This document shows, in pieces, positions 1 to 11,690 of a DNA stretch of 38,371 nucleotides. The notes beneath the pieces are model-generated. The model searched no databases. It was not told the DNA's origin and saw nothing but the letters and a program-made list of their open reading frames with translations. Position 1 is the stretch's first letter. Every line of letters begins with the position of its first letter. A program made the translations under genes and the position numbers. Origin of the DNA: Octopus bimaculoides (taxonomy: Eukaryota); the NCBI RefSeq assembly GCF_001194135.2, contig NC_068984.1, forward strand, positions 36,092,609 to 36,130,979, in the 5' to 3' direction.

Positions 1-122
1 ATATATATATATATATATACTTATTTACCTACATGATTGGCTACTTACTTATGTACCTATGTATGCATACTCAGAGAGTGGTACCTGTGGCTTTGGAGTA
101 TCTCTACCTTGCACGCATAATT

Positions 123-603
123 CCTGTTAGTACGGGCAACATATCCTTTATGAGAACGTACTCATGTTTTTCACTAAGTGAAGTGCCCTTCGGGTGCTTG
201 AAGAAAAGGTGGTTATCAATTCGGCCCTGCCGCCATGTACTTCTTCGGCTTGTTGTTAGAGTATGAGTGATTGTTTCTTGTCACTATATTTTTTCCACTG
301 CTTGTTCAGTCTCTCTGCTATACTTCTAGACGTCTCCAAAATGTGTATCATATTTCTGTCCTTACACAGTCCTTCTTACGCTGTAGACTGCGTTTCTAGT
401 TTTACAGGTAATACCAAAGTTAGTTTTACATACTACGCGGTGTTCTCATTGGTGCATGTGCTGTTTTCCAATTATATGTGTCCTATATAACTGGACCTCT
501 TGGAGCTCGCTGGTGTCTCACAGACCTTATTGTTGCCTTTGTTGTCATTCAAAGGTTTCCTAAATCCACGGGATAATTACCCATGGAGTGTAGCCTCTAC
601 AAA
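123..603 (-). mobile_element. Degenerate Penelope-like retroelement, 3' fragment (post-RT linker, Cys-rich motif, GIY-YIG endonuclease); non-Naiad type
   Basis: Manual minus-strand translation across frameshifts gives FVEATLHG*LSRGFRKPL..NKVCETPASS, then STCTNEN/VVCKTNFGITCKTRNAVYS, then CKDRNMIHILETSRSIAERLNKQWKKYSDKKQSLIL*QQAEEVHGG and EYVLIKDMLPVLTG. This follows the PLE pattern C..C..C..VY.I.C..C..YIGETxRS..ER..EH...H...HGG...E...I....P.LN, recalled from memory. Confidence 0.7.
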
Positions 604-670
604 CTCTTTGATAATTATCAGGCATGTAACATGTAGACATATACATACATATATACACATATATATATAT

Positions 671-758
671 ATGTAAAATTCTATTATGCATGTATTTTCG
701 CCTGATTTTAACTTTTATACACCCAGCGGTTTCTTAAGAAGTTGTCTGCATATATACT
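671..758 (+). repeat. 88-bp exact duplicate of 1405-1492, on the other side of the first gap
   Basis: atgtaaaattctattatgcatg...gttgtctgcatatatact occurs at 671-758 and again at 1405-1492, each time preceded by (AT)n. Confidence 0.95.
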
Positions 759-1227
759 NNNNNNNNNNNNNNNNNNNNNNNNNNNNNNNNNNNNNNNNNN
801 NNNNNNNNNNNNNNNNNNNNNNNNNNNNNNNNNNNNNNNNNNNNNNNNNNNNNNNNNNNNNNNNNNNNNNNNNNNNNNNNNNNNNNNNNNNNNNNNNNNN
901 NNNNNNNNNNNNNNNNNNNNNNNNNNNNNNNNNNNNNNNNNNNNNNNNNNNNNNNNNNNNNNNNNNNNNNNNNNNNNNNNNNNNNNNNNNNNNNNNNNNN
1001 NNNNNNNNNNNNNNNNNNNNNNNNNNNNNNNNNNNNNNNNNNNNNNNNNNNNNNNNNNNNNNNNNNNNNNNNNNNNNNNNNNNNNNNNNNNNNNNNNNNN
1101 NNNNNNNNNNNNNNNNNNNNNNNNNNNNNNNNNNNNNNNNNNNNNNNNNNNNNNNNNNNNNNNNNNNNNNNNNNNNNNNNNNNNNNNNNNNNNNNNNNNN
1201 NNNNNNNNNNNNNNNNNNNNNNNNNNA
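759..1227. other. Assembly gap (N run)
   Basis: Run of N. Confidence 1.
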
Positions 1228-2400
1228 ACAAGGACTCCTTGTAACCATTGTGCAATATTACTATTGGATTGGTACCTTCGACTGTTATATACATATTTTT
1301 TCTTCTCCCTTGTTTTTACTTTTTGCTTCATTCTATTCTATTTATTTTAAAACACTTTCTATGCAAATTTTACCCTTTTTATGGGCGATTCGATATATAT
1401 ATATATGTAAAATTCTATTATGCATGTATTTTCGCCTGATTTTAACTTTTATACACCCAGCGGTTTCTTAAGAAGTTGTCTGCATATATACTCTGGGATC
1501 TAAAAGGGTTTTTATGTAGATGTCTGTATAGTAACAACAGTTACGTATTCATATGCGTGCGTCTGCGCTTACATATAGGGCCTGAGTTTGCGCTTCTGCA
1601 TATGCAGTTATGATTTCGTGCGTGTACGTTTTTGTGTATACATGGGTAAGAGTATATGCTTATATTTATTTACACATACATGCATCTATTCGCGTGTCTA
1701 CATCTATATTATATATGGGAATGTGCGCTTAGGTTCACACTCACACATACTTGAATGTGTACATACGCATGTATACGGTTATGATCGTCGGTATTTGCGT
1801 ACATATCAACATATGCATCTATATACGTGATGCTATATGCATTTTTCTATACACATATATACGCAATCTAAATTTTATGGAGCTTTACTATATACATACG
1901 TTCTTGCTCATTCTCTCTCTCTCTACTTCTTTCTTCCCATTCCCACCCTTTCTCTCTTTTCTTCCTTTTCTGTCTTTTTTTCTTTTTTTCTCTTTCTTTC
2001 TTCCATCCCCTCATCATGACAACCACATCCCCCCTTTTTATATTAATAACGTTATTATAGATACGTTACTCTTTACCCCTCCACTCCATAGCTTAAGATA
2101 CTATTTTTGTTTCCAGCGCATAAGTTTTTTCATGCGCAAACTTAAATGTGTGTGTATATATGTATGTATAACTTTGTATTCATGTATATATTTTGTGCCT
2201 TGCAAATATATACCTATATACGTAGATTGCCTGTGCGTATGCATCTGTGTATTTTGATGTATATATATATATATATGTTGTGGATAGCCTAGTATGCGTA
2301 TATGCTATTGTAATTTTATTTTATTTTATTTTATTTTAATGTGTTAATTCGAATATAATTAATTATTTGCAGTATGTATTTTGAGCCCATTTTTCTATTT

Positions 2401-2751
2401 NNNNNNNNNNNNNNNNNNNNNNNNNNNNNNNNNNNNNNNNNNNNNNNNNNNNNNNNNNNNNNNNNNNNNNNNNNNNNNNNNNNNNNNNNNNNNNNNNNNN
2501 NNNNNNNNNNNNNNNNNNNNNNNNNNNNNNNNNNNNNNNNNNNNNNNNNNNNNNNNNNNNNNNNNNNNNNNNNNNNNNNNNNNNNNNNNNNNNNNNNNNN
2601 NNNNNNNNNNNNNNNNNNNNNNNNNNNNNNNNNNNNNNNNNNNNNNNNNNNNNNNNNNNNNNNNNNNNNNNNNNNNNNNNNNNNNNNNNNNNNNNNNNNN
2701 NNNNNNNNNNNNNNNNNNNNNNNNNNNNNNNNNNNNNNNNNNNNNNNNNNN
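2401..2751. other. Assembly gap (N run)
   Basis: Run of N. Confidence 1.
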
Positions 2752-2810
2752 ATATACATACATATATGCATATATACATGTATGTATATATTTACATAGG
2801 CATGTACATA

Positions 2811-2878
<68 letters not shown>

Positions 2879-2882
2879 TACA

Positions 2883-2941
<59 letters not shown>
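2752..2941. repeat. Compound microsatellite (AT)n/(ATGT)n/(AG)n
   Basis: Seen directly. Confidence 0.95.
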
Positions 2942-4609
2942 TGGTAGTTAGATAGATGGATTTATGTGTACGTTTGTAATATGTGTGTATGCATGCCTGT
3001 ATGTATATTTGTATGCGTATTTATTACATGTGTATGTAAACAAATATATACATGTATACATATACATCTATTCACAGACACAGATATATATGTAATATAT
3101 TTGTCAGTGTTCTTTGTTATTGGCTAGATATTTTGCCTTATCAATTTATTCATGTGTAGATGAACATGGAAAATTGCATGCCTTTGTACTAAATCCATTA
3201 ACTGTGCTCCTCTTAATTGTCTGAGAAATAAGACCTGACATGATGCTTTCAGTTTTGTATATAATTACTTTCTATCTAACTATGAATATGATGGAAACGG
3301 CATGAATCGGCACTAAGAAAGCACTGATACACAGAACGTGAAACAGTGAGGTCGCTTGGTACCTGTTCATTACATACAAATTGGATAGAATTGTTTTAAA
3401 GGAAAGATATATTCAATAAGGAGACAATGCATTCGTAATGTGTAGTAGTAAATGACCTTATACATGATGAGTGGAAAAACGCTTTTTTATCTATGCATAA
3501 ATACAGAGAAAATAATCCCACGTGCTGACAGCCACCTGATCATACACTCGCAAAAAAGAAAAAGGCTAATTCGCACTGACAATTCCGCACGCACACACAT
3601 GAGTATACACACAAATATAATTCCATCATCCAACACTTTCTTTAAGAACGTTGAGGATATTGGTTCGGATTACTACAATGAGCTTCATAATGTGAGTGCT
3701 AATCGTTTTAGAAGATTTTAAAGCGAAATGTCTCCAATTATTGAATTATCTGGACATCACTTTTGCATTTATCAGATTTAAATGTTCATTATACATGATT
3801 AAGAGACATACATTACTCTTCGGTGATATGTAGTGCCTTGTTACTGAGAAAAGCAAAAAACTACTTCCCACGAAGTCATATCACAACATTACCACAAATC
3901 CGATTCATTATTGGAAACAATAGATTGTTCCGATAAAAAGTGCATGCAATTTCCTGTCACTTTGGCGAAATTTATTCAAGAAATGTGGATTCCATACCAA
4001 AGCCAATATAATTCAGTGTGTCCAAAATGCGGGACAAAAATTCACTTTGAAATTCAAGAAATGTTCAGCTTTGAGAGATCATTTGACGCTTCTCTTTAAT
4101 TATACAGTACACTTAGTGTTAACAAGAGAAGTTTAAGATCACGGTTACATTCTGACTCGAATTTGTTGCCATTGCTAGCTGCAGTTTGGCAGTAAGTAAT
4201 ATTTTAGCAGCATGAGCTTTTGAGGTAACTTTTATGGTCTCACCAAATTAATAGCGTGAATTAAAATCCAAAATTTCATCATCTTACAAATTTCTGCGGA
4301 CTTGAATCGAGTTTCGGATATACTTAACATACATTGAAAATATTGTGATACTGATATTAGCAACTGCTAAAAAGAAAAAAAAAAGAGAGTGTTATATTGC
4401 TCATGTTGTTGATATCAAACAAGAAGCTTGGACGTGAACAGAATGCGATGGCTGTAATTGAATTCAAAGTGAAGTAATTGGCACCTTCACAGAATAATTA
4501 GGTTATTTGTTGTGTTTGGAATGAAATGGAAGTGCCCAGAATAGATTATTTGGTTTTAAAATTCCGTTCTATGGAATAGGGTACAGAGATATGTACATAG
4601 GGTACAGAG

Positions 4610-5205
4610 CAGCCCAAGTTCTGACTAAACTGGAGCACATACTTTTCCACTTTCTATGGAAGGGGCGCATTCCATTTGTCTGGCACTCCATATGCTGATA
4701 ACATCCGCTGAATGGAGGGCCGAGTATGCCGTAGCTGCTGATGCGCAGACATGCGCCCTGGTTGCGACATCTCCAGTGATTCCGAGACGGTGAGCAGGTG
4801 TGGTCGCTTTTTGTCAGACACGATTTCCTTCATCTCAACTATTTGTCCGAGCTGCAGTCCTAGGTCGCTCGTAGGGCGTGGTAGGGCACGTGTCACCTAG
4901 ATTCTGGTCGGGCGCTCACAGTCCTCTATCAGTCGGGCAACGAGAACGAGACCGATGGATGGTCCATTCAGGCGTCTATAGAGAGTTAGAGGCGGGAAAG
5001 TGCGACGACATTCTTGGGAAGACCCCGGGTGTGGATGGGAATGAATTGCCTGGTTTGTTGCGGAGGACACTCGGGCCTGGCCCATGGATACATTCCAGAA
5101 ATCTCTACTGAAGAGCATTGTAAGTTCGGGATAAACTCTACAGTCAAGGAGGGCCCTCAGCTGGGCTTCACTGAAACGCGGGCAGAACGCTTTCGGCCAG
5201 TGCCC

Positions 5206-5207
<2 letters not shown>
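4610..5207 (+). mobile_element. Degenerate L1/Tx1-clade LINE ORF2 fragment (region after the RT up to the zinc knuckle)
   Basis: GC-rich island in AT-rich DNA. Plus strand reads AQVLTKLEHILFHFLWKGRIPFVWHSIC**HPLNGGPSMP*LLMRRHAPWLRHL, matching the L1/Tx1 motif F.FLWKG.......L..P...GGL..P. It continues ..LLRRTLGPG/MDTFQKSL..VRDKLYSQG..RGQN..QCP, a decayed C-terminal zinc-knuckle region. Multiple stops and frameshifts. Confidence 0.8.
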
Positions 5208-5239
<32 letters not shown>

Positions 5240-5339
5240 GACAGAGACAGAGACAAACATACACACAGACAAACATACATACAGGCAGAGAGACAGACAG
5301 ACAACCAGGCAGACATAGACAGGCAACCAGACAGACAGA
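5207..5339. repeat. Compound microsatellite (GA)n/(GACA)n/(CATA)
   Basis: Seen directly; it abuts the 3' end of the L1/Tx1 fragment. Confidence 0.9.
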
Positions 5340-5581
5340 GAAAATATCAATATAGAAAATAATGTGTAGCACTCAAATGATTTGAACTTACACTCCGATA
5401 TCTTCACCGAGAACCAAGGCAGCGTGGTAAAGCGTGGCTATAAGCGGTGGGGGGATCCGTGAGCACATATGGAGACAATGATTCAAATGAATAGATAAAA
5501 GCGCGGGTTTTAATGTACAGCATTCGAACTTGTAACGCCTTCTCATCTCTAATTCTTTGAGTCTATAATCTGAGTAAGTTT

Positions 5582-5698
<117 letters not shown>

Positions 5699-7698
5699 CG
5701 ATAAATATATATTTATACTTGATGGTAATTGATTGTTTATCATCTGAATATTGTTTGAGACTACCCTCTCTTTTTACATGTATATATTTATACATTGAAA
5801 TCCAAGTTTTGTGTTTATTTGAATCATTTCTCTTTATCTCCCCTCTCTCTCTCTGTATATATGTATATATATAAGCAACCTTAGCTGGAGTGTGCGCATT
5901 AAAAAAAAATATTGTTGCCCGCAGAATGTGCTCATGAATCCTCAGGACTTTACAATCTAGAGATCCTGAAACCGTTCTCTTCTCTTCTACACAATTGCTA
6001 GGCCAACTTTTATGGAAGTTACATAATATTTTATATGGTACATTTCTGCCGAATATCATTCACATTACCAACATTTTTTTTTTTTTTTACATTTTGTCGA
6101 AAGAAGCGAACGTATCGATTTGTCAATGAAGCGGTTTAGCCTTTTTCATGATCACCGATGCTTTCAGTTTATGAAGGTTGTGGACAGTTTGACGAGTAAC
6201 AATTACTGACCATAGAACATGAGCAACTATAGTTCGAATTCTTCATTTCGGTTTACAAAATTGGACTTTTTTTCAGTCGTTTTTACGATAGGAATAATTG
6301 TGATTTAAAAAATTATTTTTTGAATTATATAAATGATTAGTCCCTTGATGTTTGCATCGGTTAGAATAGAAGGCAGAAAATTAAAATCAAATTTCTTAAC
6401 AATATTGTTAAATTAATTGACAACCAGTTTGCTGCTTTATTATTGTCCATATTTACATTAGACTTTTTAAATTTGTCGTGTAACTCTTACGTTATTTATG
6501 AAAGGTAAAATGTCCTTTTTCTTCATATTACGTTAGAACCATCATCGGTTGAATAAATGGAAATATATAGCATTTAATACAGTTGAATTAAAATTAAATG
6601 ATAGCATTTTAATAAGCAAGAATACGGGATAATTTCAAAATGTACAAGAACGTACACGTACGTAAACACACGCGCGCGCACACGCACGCACGCATACACA
6701 CACATATATAGATGTGTATATGTAAAGCTCGTGTGTGCTAAGGCTTATGTTTATATGAATACATATGCGCGTGTGTATGTGTGTGTGTGTGTTTGTGTGT
6801 TTTATAAACGTGCGTGCGCCTGTATTTTGAGTATATACATATGCATGTGTACATTTTTTAATGCGCATATGTATGACAGTATGTGCGTGTAATTTTAGGA
6901 GAATAGCCAAAGCATATAACTGCTTACAATAACAAGTATTGGAGTTGTTCCATTTTAACAGAATATGATTTGTATGGTTCAGTAGTTATTTTGGCAAACA
7001 TTCTAAGCTCAGAATGATTTTCGTTAAGGGACTTTGTATGCTGAACGCAAAGACAAATATAGAAATAGATATAACTGAGTCACAAGTTGTATGATGTCTG
7101 TCATATTTGCCTTGTCTATCTTATAAACGAAAAGAACCAATAGAAAATCATCGCGCAATTAAATATTTCTTCGTTTTGTTTATTTGTGGTATAGTTATTT
7201 TGGCATAATCGTTGCTCTTGTCGATTTAATATTTTCGTGTTTTGCGTCGTTTTCAGTGTATTTGACAATATTTCTAGTGACCTTTCGTACTATAAGATCA
7301 AAAATATACTTTCTATGTATATTTATATATTACTTAGCGATGAGCAGGTTTTGAAAGTTGCTCTTCTACTCGTCAGCATTAAAAGTGCTGAAAACATTTT
7401 TTTCTATACCCATGTAGCTATACTTCTGCCTGTCCCTCTGTCCATCTTCGTATCCGTCTACTTGCACATATATTTACTTCTAGTCTATTTCTCTCTCTGT
7501 CTGTTGCTGTCTGTGTATATATATGTATATATGCATTAATATATGTATAAATGCAATGTGAAACTCAACAAACACTGCGGATTTCCTGACGTAGTGCCAG
7601 TGAAATTTATATCGTATCTTTGGATGACAAGAAGTAGCCCAAACAGTGACAGCGCTTTAATCACTATACTAATAGACATACACTCAATATCCAAATAG

Positions 7699-7741
<43 letters not shown>

Positions 7742-8257
7742 NNNNNNNNNNNNNNNNNNNNNNNNNNNNNNNNNNNNNNNNNNNNNNNNNNNNNNNNNNN
7801 NNNNNNNNNNNNNNNNNNNNNNNNNNNNNNNNNNNNNNNNNNNNNNNNNNNNNNNNNNNNNNNNNNNNNNNNNNNNNNNNNNNNNNNNNNNNNNNNNNNN
7901 NNNNNNNNNNNNNNNNNNNNNNNNNNNNNNNNNNNNNNNNNNNNNNNNNNNNNNNNNNNNNNNNNNNNNNNNNNNNNNNNNNNNNNNNNNNNNNNNNNNN
8001 NNNNNNNNNNNNNNNNNNNNNNNNNNNNNNNNNNNNNNNNNNNNNNNNNNNNNNNNNNNNNNNNNNNNNNNNNNNNNNNNNNNNNNNNNNNNNNNNNNNN
8101 NNNNNNNNNNNNNNNNNNNNNNNNNNNNNNNNNNNNNNNNNNNNNNNNNNNNNNNNNNNNNNNNNNNNNNNNNNNNNNNNNNNNNNNNNNNNNNNNNNNN
8201 NNNNNNNNNNNNNNNNNNNNNNNNNNNNNNNNNNNNNNNNNNNNNNNNNNNNNNNNN
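7742..8257. other. Assembly gap (N run) flanked by (AT)n
   Basis: Run of N. Confidence 1.
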
Positions 8258-8294
<37 letters not shown>

Positions 8295-8355
8295 TACACA
8301 CATATATGTACATATACATACATACAAAACATACATGCATACTTGCATACATACA

Positions 8356-8389
<34 letters not shown>

Positions 8390-8397
8390 CATACATA
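8258..8397. repeat. (AT)n/(TACA)n microsatellite
   Basis: Seen directly. Confidence 0.95.
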
Positions 8398-8890
8398 GCT
8401 AACATAAAGCTGAAGATCAGTGAAAAAGAGAATGCCTACGCTAATATATTCAGAAATCTGCAGTCACTCTATCTTGATAACAAGTTCAGGTTTGTACCTG
8501 TAACTGTTGGTGTTCTGGGATAAGTTACACATTGCTTAAATACAAATCTTAAGAAATTAAGTTTCTCAAATCTAGAAAGGAGAAAACTAATTCGAAGACT
8601 GCAGATACAATTCATCATTGGACCGTAAAAGTCTATAAAACTTTCTACAAATTTACCATTTAAATATATATGAGCATGTCTAGATATTCAGCTATATGCA
8701 TGAAAACACATACATCGACCAAAATATACAAATCCGCACATATACGCACATGGGTACTAACATACATATATACAGGCAGACAGACATACAGAAAGACCTG
8801 TATACATACTAGAATACTCGGTTATTGATGTTGAAATTCCAATGAAGGAGCCTTGGAGCTATGTTATAAACCGGTTTTTTTCTCTACGTA
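8398..8890 (+). mobile_element. R4/Dong-like (restriction-like endonuclease) LINE, 3' end with 3' UTR, copy 1
   Basis: Reads NIKLKISEKENAYANIFRNLQSLYLDNKFRFVPVTVGVLG*VTHCLNTNLKKLSFSNLERRKLIRRLQIQ.., matching the C-terminal end of RLE domains (K..KY..L...L.......P...G.LG). It is followed by a UTR also present in copy 2. The clade assignment is from recalled motifs. Confidence 0.7.
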
Positions 8891-8932
8891 CATACATACA
8901 TACATGCATACATGTAAATCTGCATAGGTACC

Positions 8933-9262
8933 TATCTCGAGAAATAGGGCTTCTCAAAACCTAAAAGGAGAAAGCTGACACGAAGACTACAGGTCAAGCC
9001 ATCAATGAAAATATAAAAATCTGTAAAACTTTCCAAACGCTTATTGTTTAAGTATATATGCGCATGTCTAGACATGCTACTATATGCATGAGAAGGCATA
9101 CATAAAACAAAACATACAACACTGCACATCCATTGACTTCGCACATATACATATATGCGAAAATACCGTGTTGATATTAAAATTACAACCTTCGATCACC
9201 ATTAGAAACCGGCTATTCTTCTAATGGCAAGAAATCGTGTACTGAAACTCAATAATGACATA
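8933..9262 (+). mobile_element. R4/Dong-like LINE, 3' end with 3' UTR, copy 2 (head-to-tail with copy 1)
   Basis: Aligns by eye with 8545-8890. Shared blocks: ttctcaaa..aaaggagaaa.ct..cgaagact.cag, taaaacttt, tatatatg.gcatgtctaga, ctatatgcatga, ttgat.tt.aaatt and a.aaaccgg. Confidence 0.75.
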
Positions 9263-10119
9263 CGTGCATACACACATACGTACATAGTACATATATACAT
9301 ACATGCAGGCATATATGTATATGCGTATGTATGTGCATGCAGGTATGTGTATGTACTTGTGCGTGTTTACGTTCTTGGTTCTCGATGTGATCATAATTTT
9401 TTTCATTTACTTCAGATTTGATTAGATCTGTTGTCGGAAACCACGGTTTTCTTAGTCCGGAGTATATTCAAATAGTTTGGAATGACACTACGATGGAAAA
9501 TGTCACGAACAAATATTTTATGCATGTGTAATCTGGTCAATAAGCAATACATCTTAGTTTTAAATGCAACAGCTTGATTGTTGCCGCTGTACATACGCAC
9601 AAATATTTTTAAGCTTTCGAAAAATGTATAGTTAGTATCGCTTTGGATATTCCATGAACAACATTCTTGATTATATAGTTAAGACCCATTATAGGGTGTC
9701 ATTATAGTCACACACACATGCACGCACACAAACATGCGTACACATAGAATTCCGTACATATGTCCAGTGTTTCTGTTTTTGGTTCAGTATGTAGCAATTT
9801 GATTTGATTTCTTCATTACAAATGCAAAGAATTACGCATAAATACATGCATCTAAATATCAGATATGTATAAATAGTTGCTCTCCATATTATATTCCAAT
9901 TTCCCCCATTCAGTTATATTTGAATCACGGGAACATTACTGTAAATTTAATTAATTCAATTTATTTTGCATTTCATACTTCGTCCTCTCACAAATACATC
10001 CCAATTAAGAGATTTAATATTCTTATATGCATACAGTTAGTCTGTAAAGTATATTTGCATATATTAATTATATCCATTTATAACACACACATGTATATAT
10101 ATATACATATATATATATA

Positions 10120-10729
10120 NNNNNNNNNNNNNNNNNNNNNNNNNNNNNNNNNNNNNNNNNNNNNNNNNNNNNNNNNNNNNNNNNNNNNNNNNNNNNNNNN
10201 NNNNNNNNNNNNNNNNNNNNNNNNNNNNNNNNNNNNNNNNNNNNNNNNNNNNNNNNNNNNNNNNNNNNNNNNNNNNNNNNNNNNNNNNNNNNNNNNNNNN
10301 NNNNNNNNNNNNNNNNNNNNNNNNNNNNNNNNNNNNNNNNNNNNNNNNNNNNNNNNNNNNNNNNNNNNNNNNNNNNNNNNNNNNNNNNNNNNNNNNNNNN
10401 NNNNNNNNNNNNNNNNNNNNNNNNNNNNNNNNNNNNNNNNNNNNNNNNNNNNNNNNNNNNNNNNNNNNNNNNNNNNNNNNNNNNNNNNNNNNNNNNNNNN
10501 NNNNNNNNNNNNNNNNNNNNNNNNNNNNNNNNNNNNNNNNNNNNNNNNNNNNNNNNNNNNNNNNNNNNNNNNNNNNNNNNNNNNNNNNNNNNNNNNNNNN
10601 NNNNNNNNNNNNNNNNNNNNNNNNNNNNNNNNNNNNNNNNNNNNNNNNNNNNNNNNNNNNNNNNNNNNNNNNNNNNNNNNNNNNNNNNNNNNNNNNNNNN
10701 NNNNNNNNNNNNNNNNNNNNNNNNNNNNN
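10120..10729. other. Assembly gap (N run) flanked by (AT)n
   Basis: Run of N. Confidence 1.
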
Positions 10730-11229
10730 TATATATATATATATATATTGACTTGCCTTTGATTTTTGTAAATAGCTAGGTGTTTGTGAGTGGAAAGTCT
10801 ATGCTGATCACTTACATTGGCATTGGTTGGTTTTTCTTCATTGATAATTGTAGTAGGCTAGATATTGGTTTCTACATTCCGGGTGTTCCATGATATACGC
10901 ATATGTGTATGGCACCCCGTCTCCCATATATACACCATCACTTATAACCATGTTTGTGTGTGTGCTTGGATATATATTCAATCAAAGCTGGCAACGCGCT
11001 CCAAAACTTTCACGTGATTACCGCTTACGTACCATTGCTCATATGGTAAAGGAGATACAAGCGATTCTATTAGCCTATAACAATGATATATGTTCGTAAT
11101 TCACCTGTTACCAACACGTTAACTGGTGCGGTTAGAGTGTGTGGTAGTTTATGTGTGGCCTATTTACCGAATATATTCTCTTTCAGCGGAATGTTGTGAG
11201 TTTCACCTCATTGGGTAACTCAGCAAGCA

Positions 11230-11690
11230 GATCTTATTGGAGCTTTTTCCGGTCCACAATCCTTCCGACTACAATGCAACTGTGATTGATTATGTTAATC
11301 ATGGGATTGATGTTAATAGCGAACATAATTGGACCCACTTGTGGGAATTCAATGGTGTATCTTACTGAGTTCGATCGAACATCATCAATCACCTCAAGTT
11401 TGATTCTGTTCTTCTGATAAAAATTCAATTTACTTTAGTAGTTTCCCTAGGAATTGAGTGATGGGTATTTTATCTAAGAGGATACTGTAGTCAAACTTAT
11501 CAAAGACCTTCCTGAAGTCAAAATACATGACAAAAGGTTTGGAGCCCTAAAGTTTCCCTTAAAGTTATTCTCCACTTTTTGTTGCAATGACAATGCTGCA
11601 AGTGGAGACACCACTTTGGTAGACTAGTTATCATGTAGGTTATTGCCTTGGGGAATTAAGAGTGCAACACGATGTCTGGTATCTGAGAAC
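11230..11690 (-). mobile_element. Degenerate CR1/L2-like LINE reverse-transcriptase fragment
   Basis: Minus strand reads ..NLHDN/YQSGVSTCS..GSKPFVMYFDFRKVFDKFDYSILLDKI..LGKLLK*IEF/NRIKLEVIDDVRSNSVRYTIEFPQVGPIMFAININPM. These are decayed forms of the RT motifs QHGF..GRSC, YLDF.KAFD.V.H..LL.KL and GVPQG..LGP.LF..YIND. Confidence 0.75.

Noticed and set aside
3464-3540. C/D-box snoRNA (ATGATGA ... CTGA)
   Set aside because: There is no terminal stem and no recognisable guide; such boxes occur often by chance in AT-rich DNA.
6650-6900. Long alternating purine-pyrimidine tract with (CG)/(CA) runs (Z-DNA potential)
   Set aside because: Similar degenerate RY tracts occur throughout the window as decayed microsatellites; nothing singles this one out.
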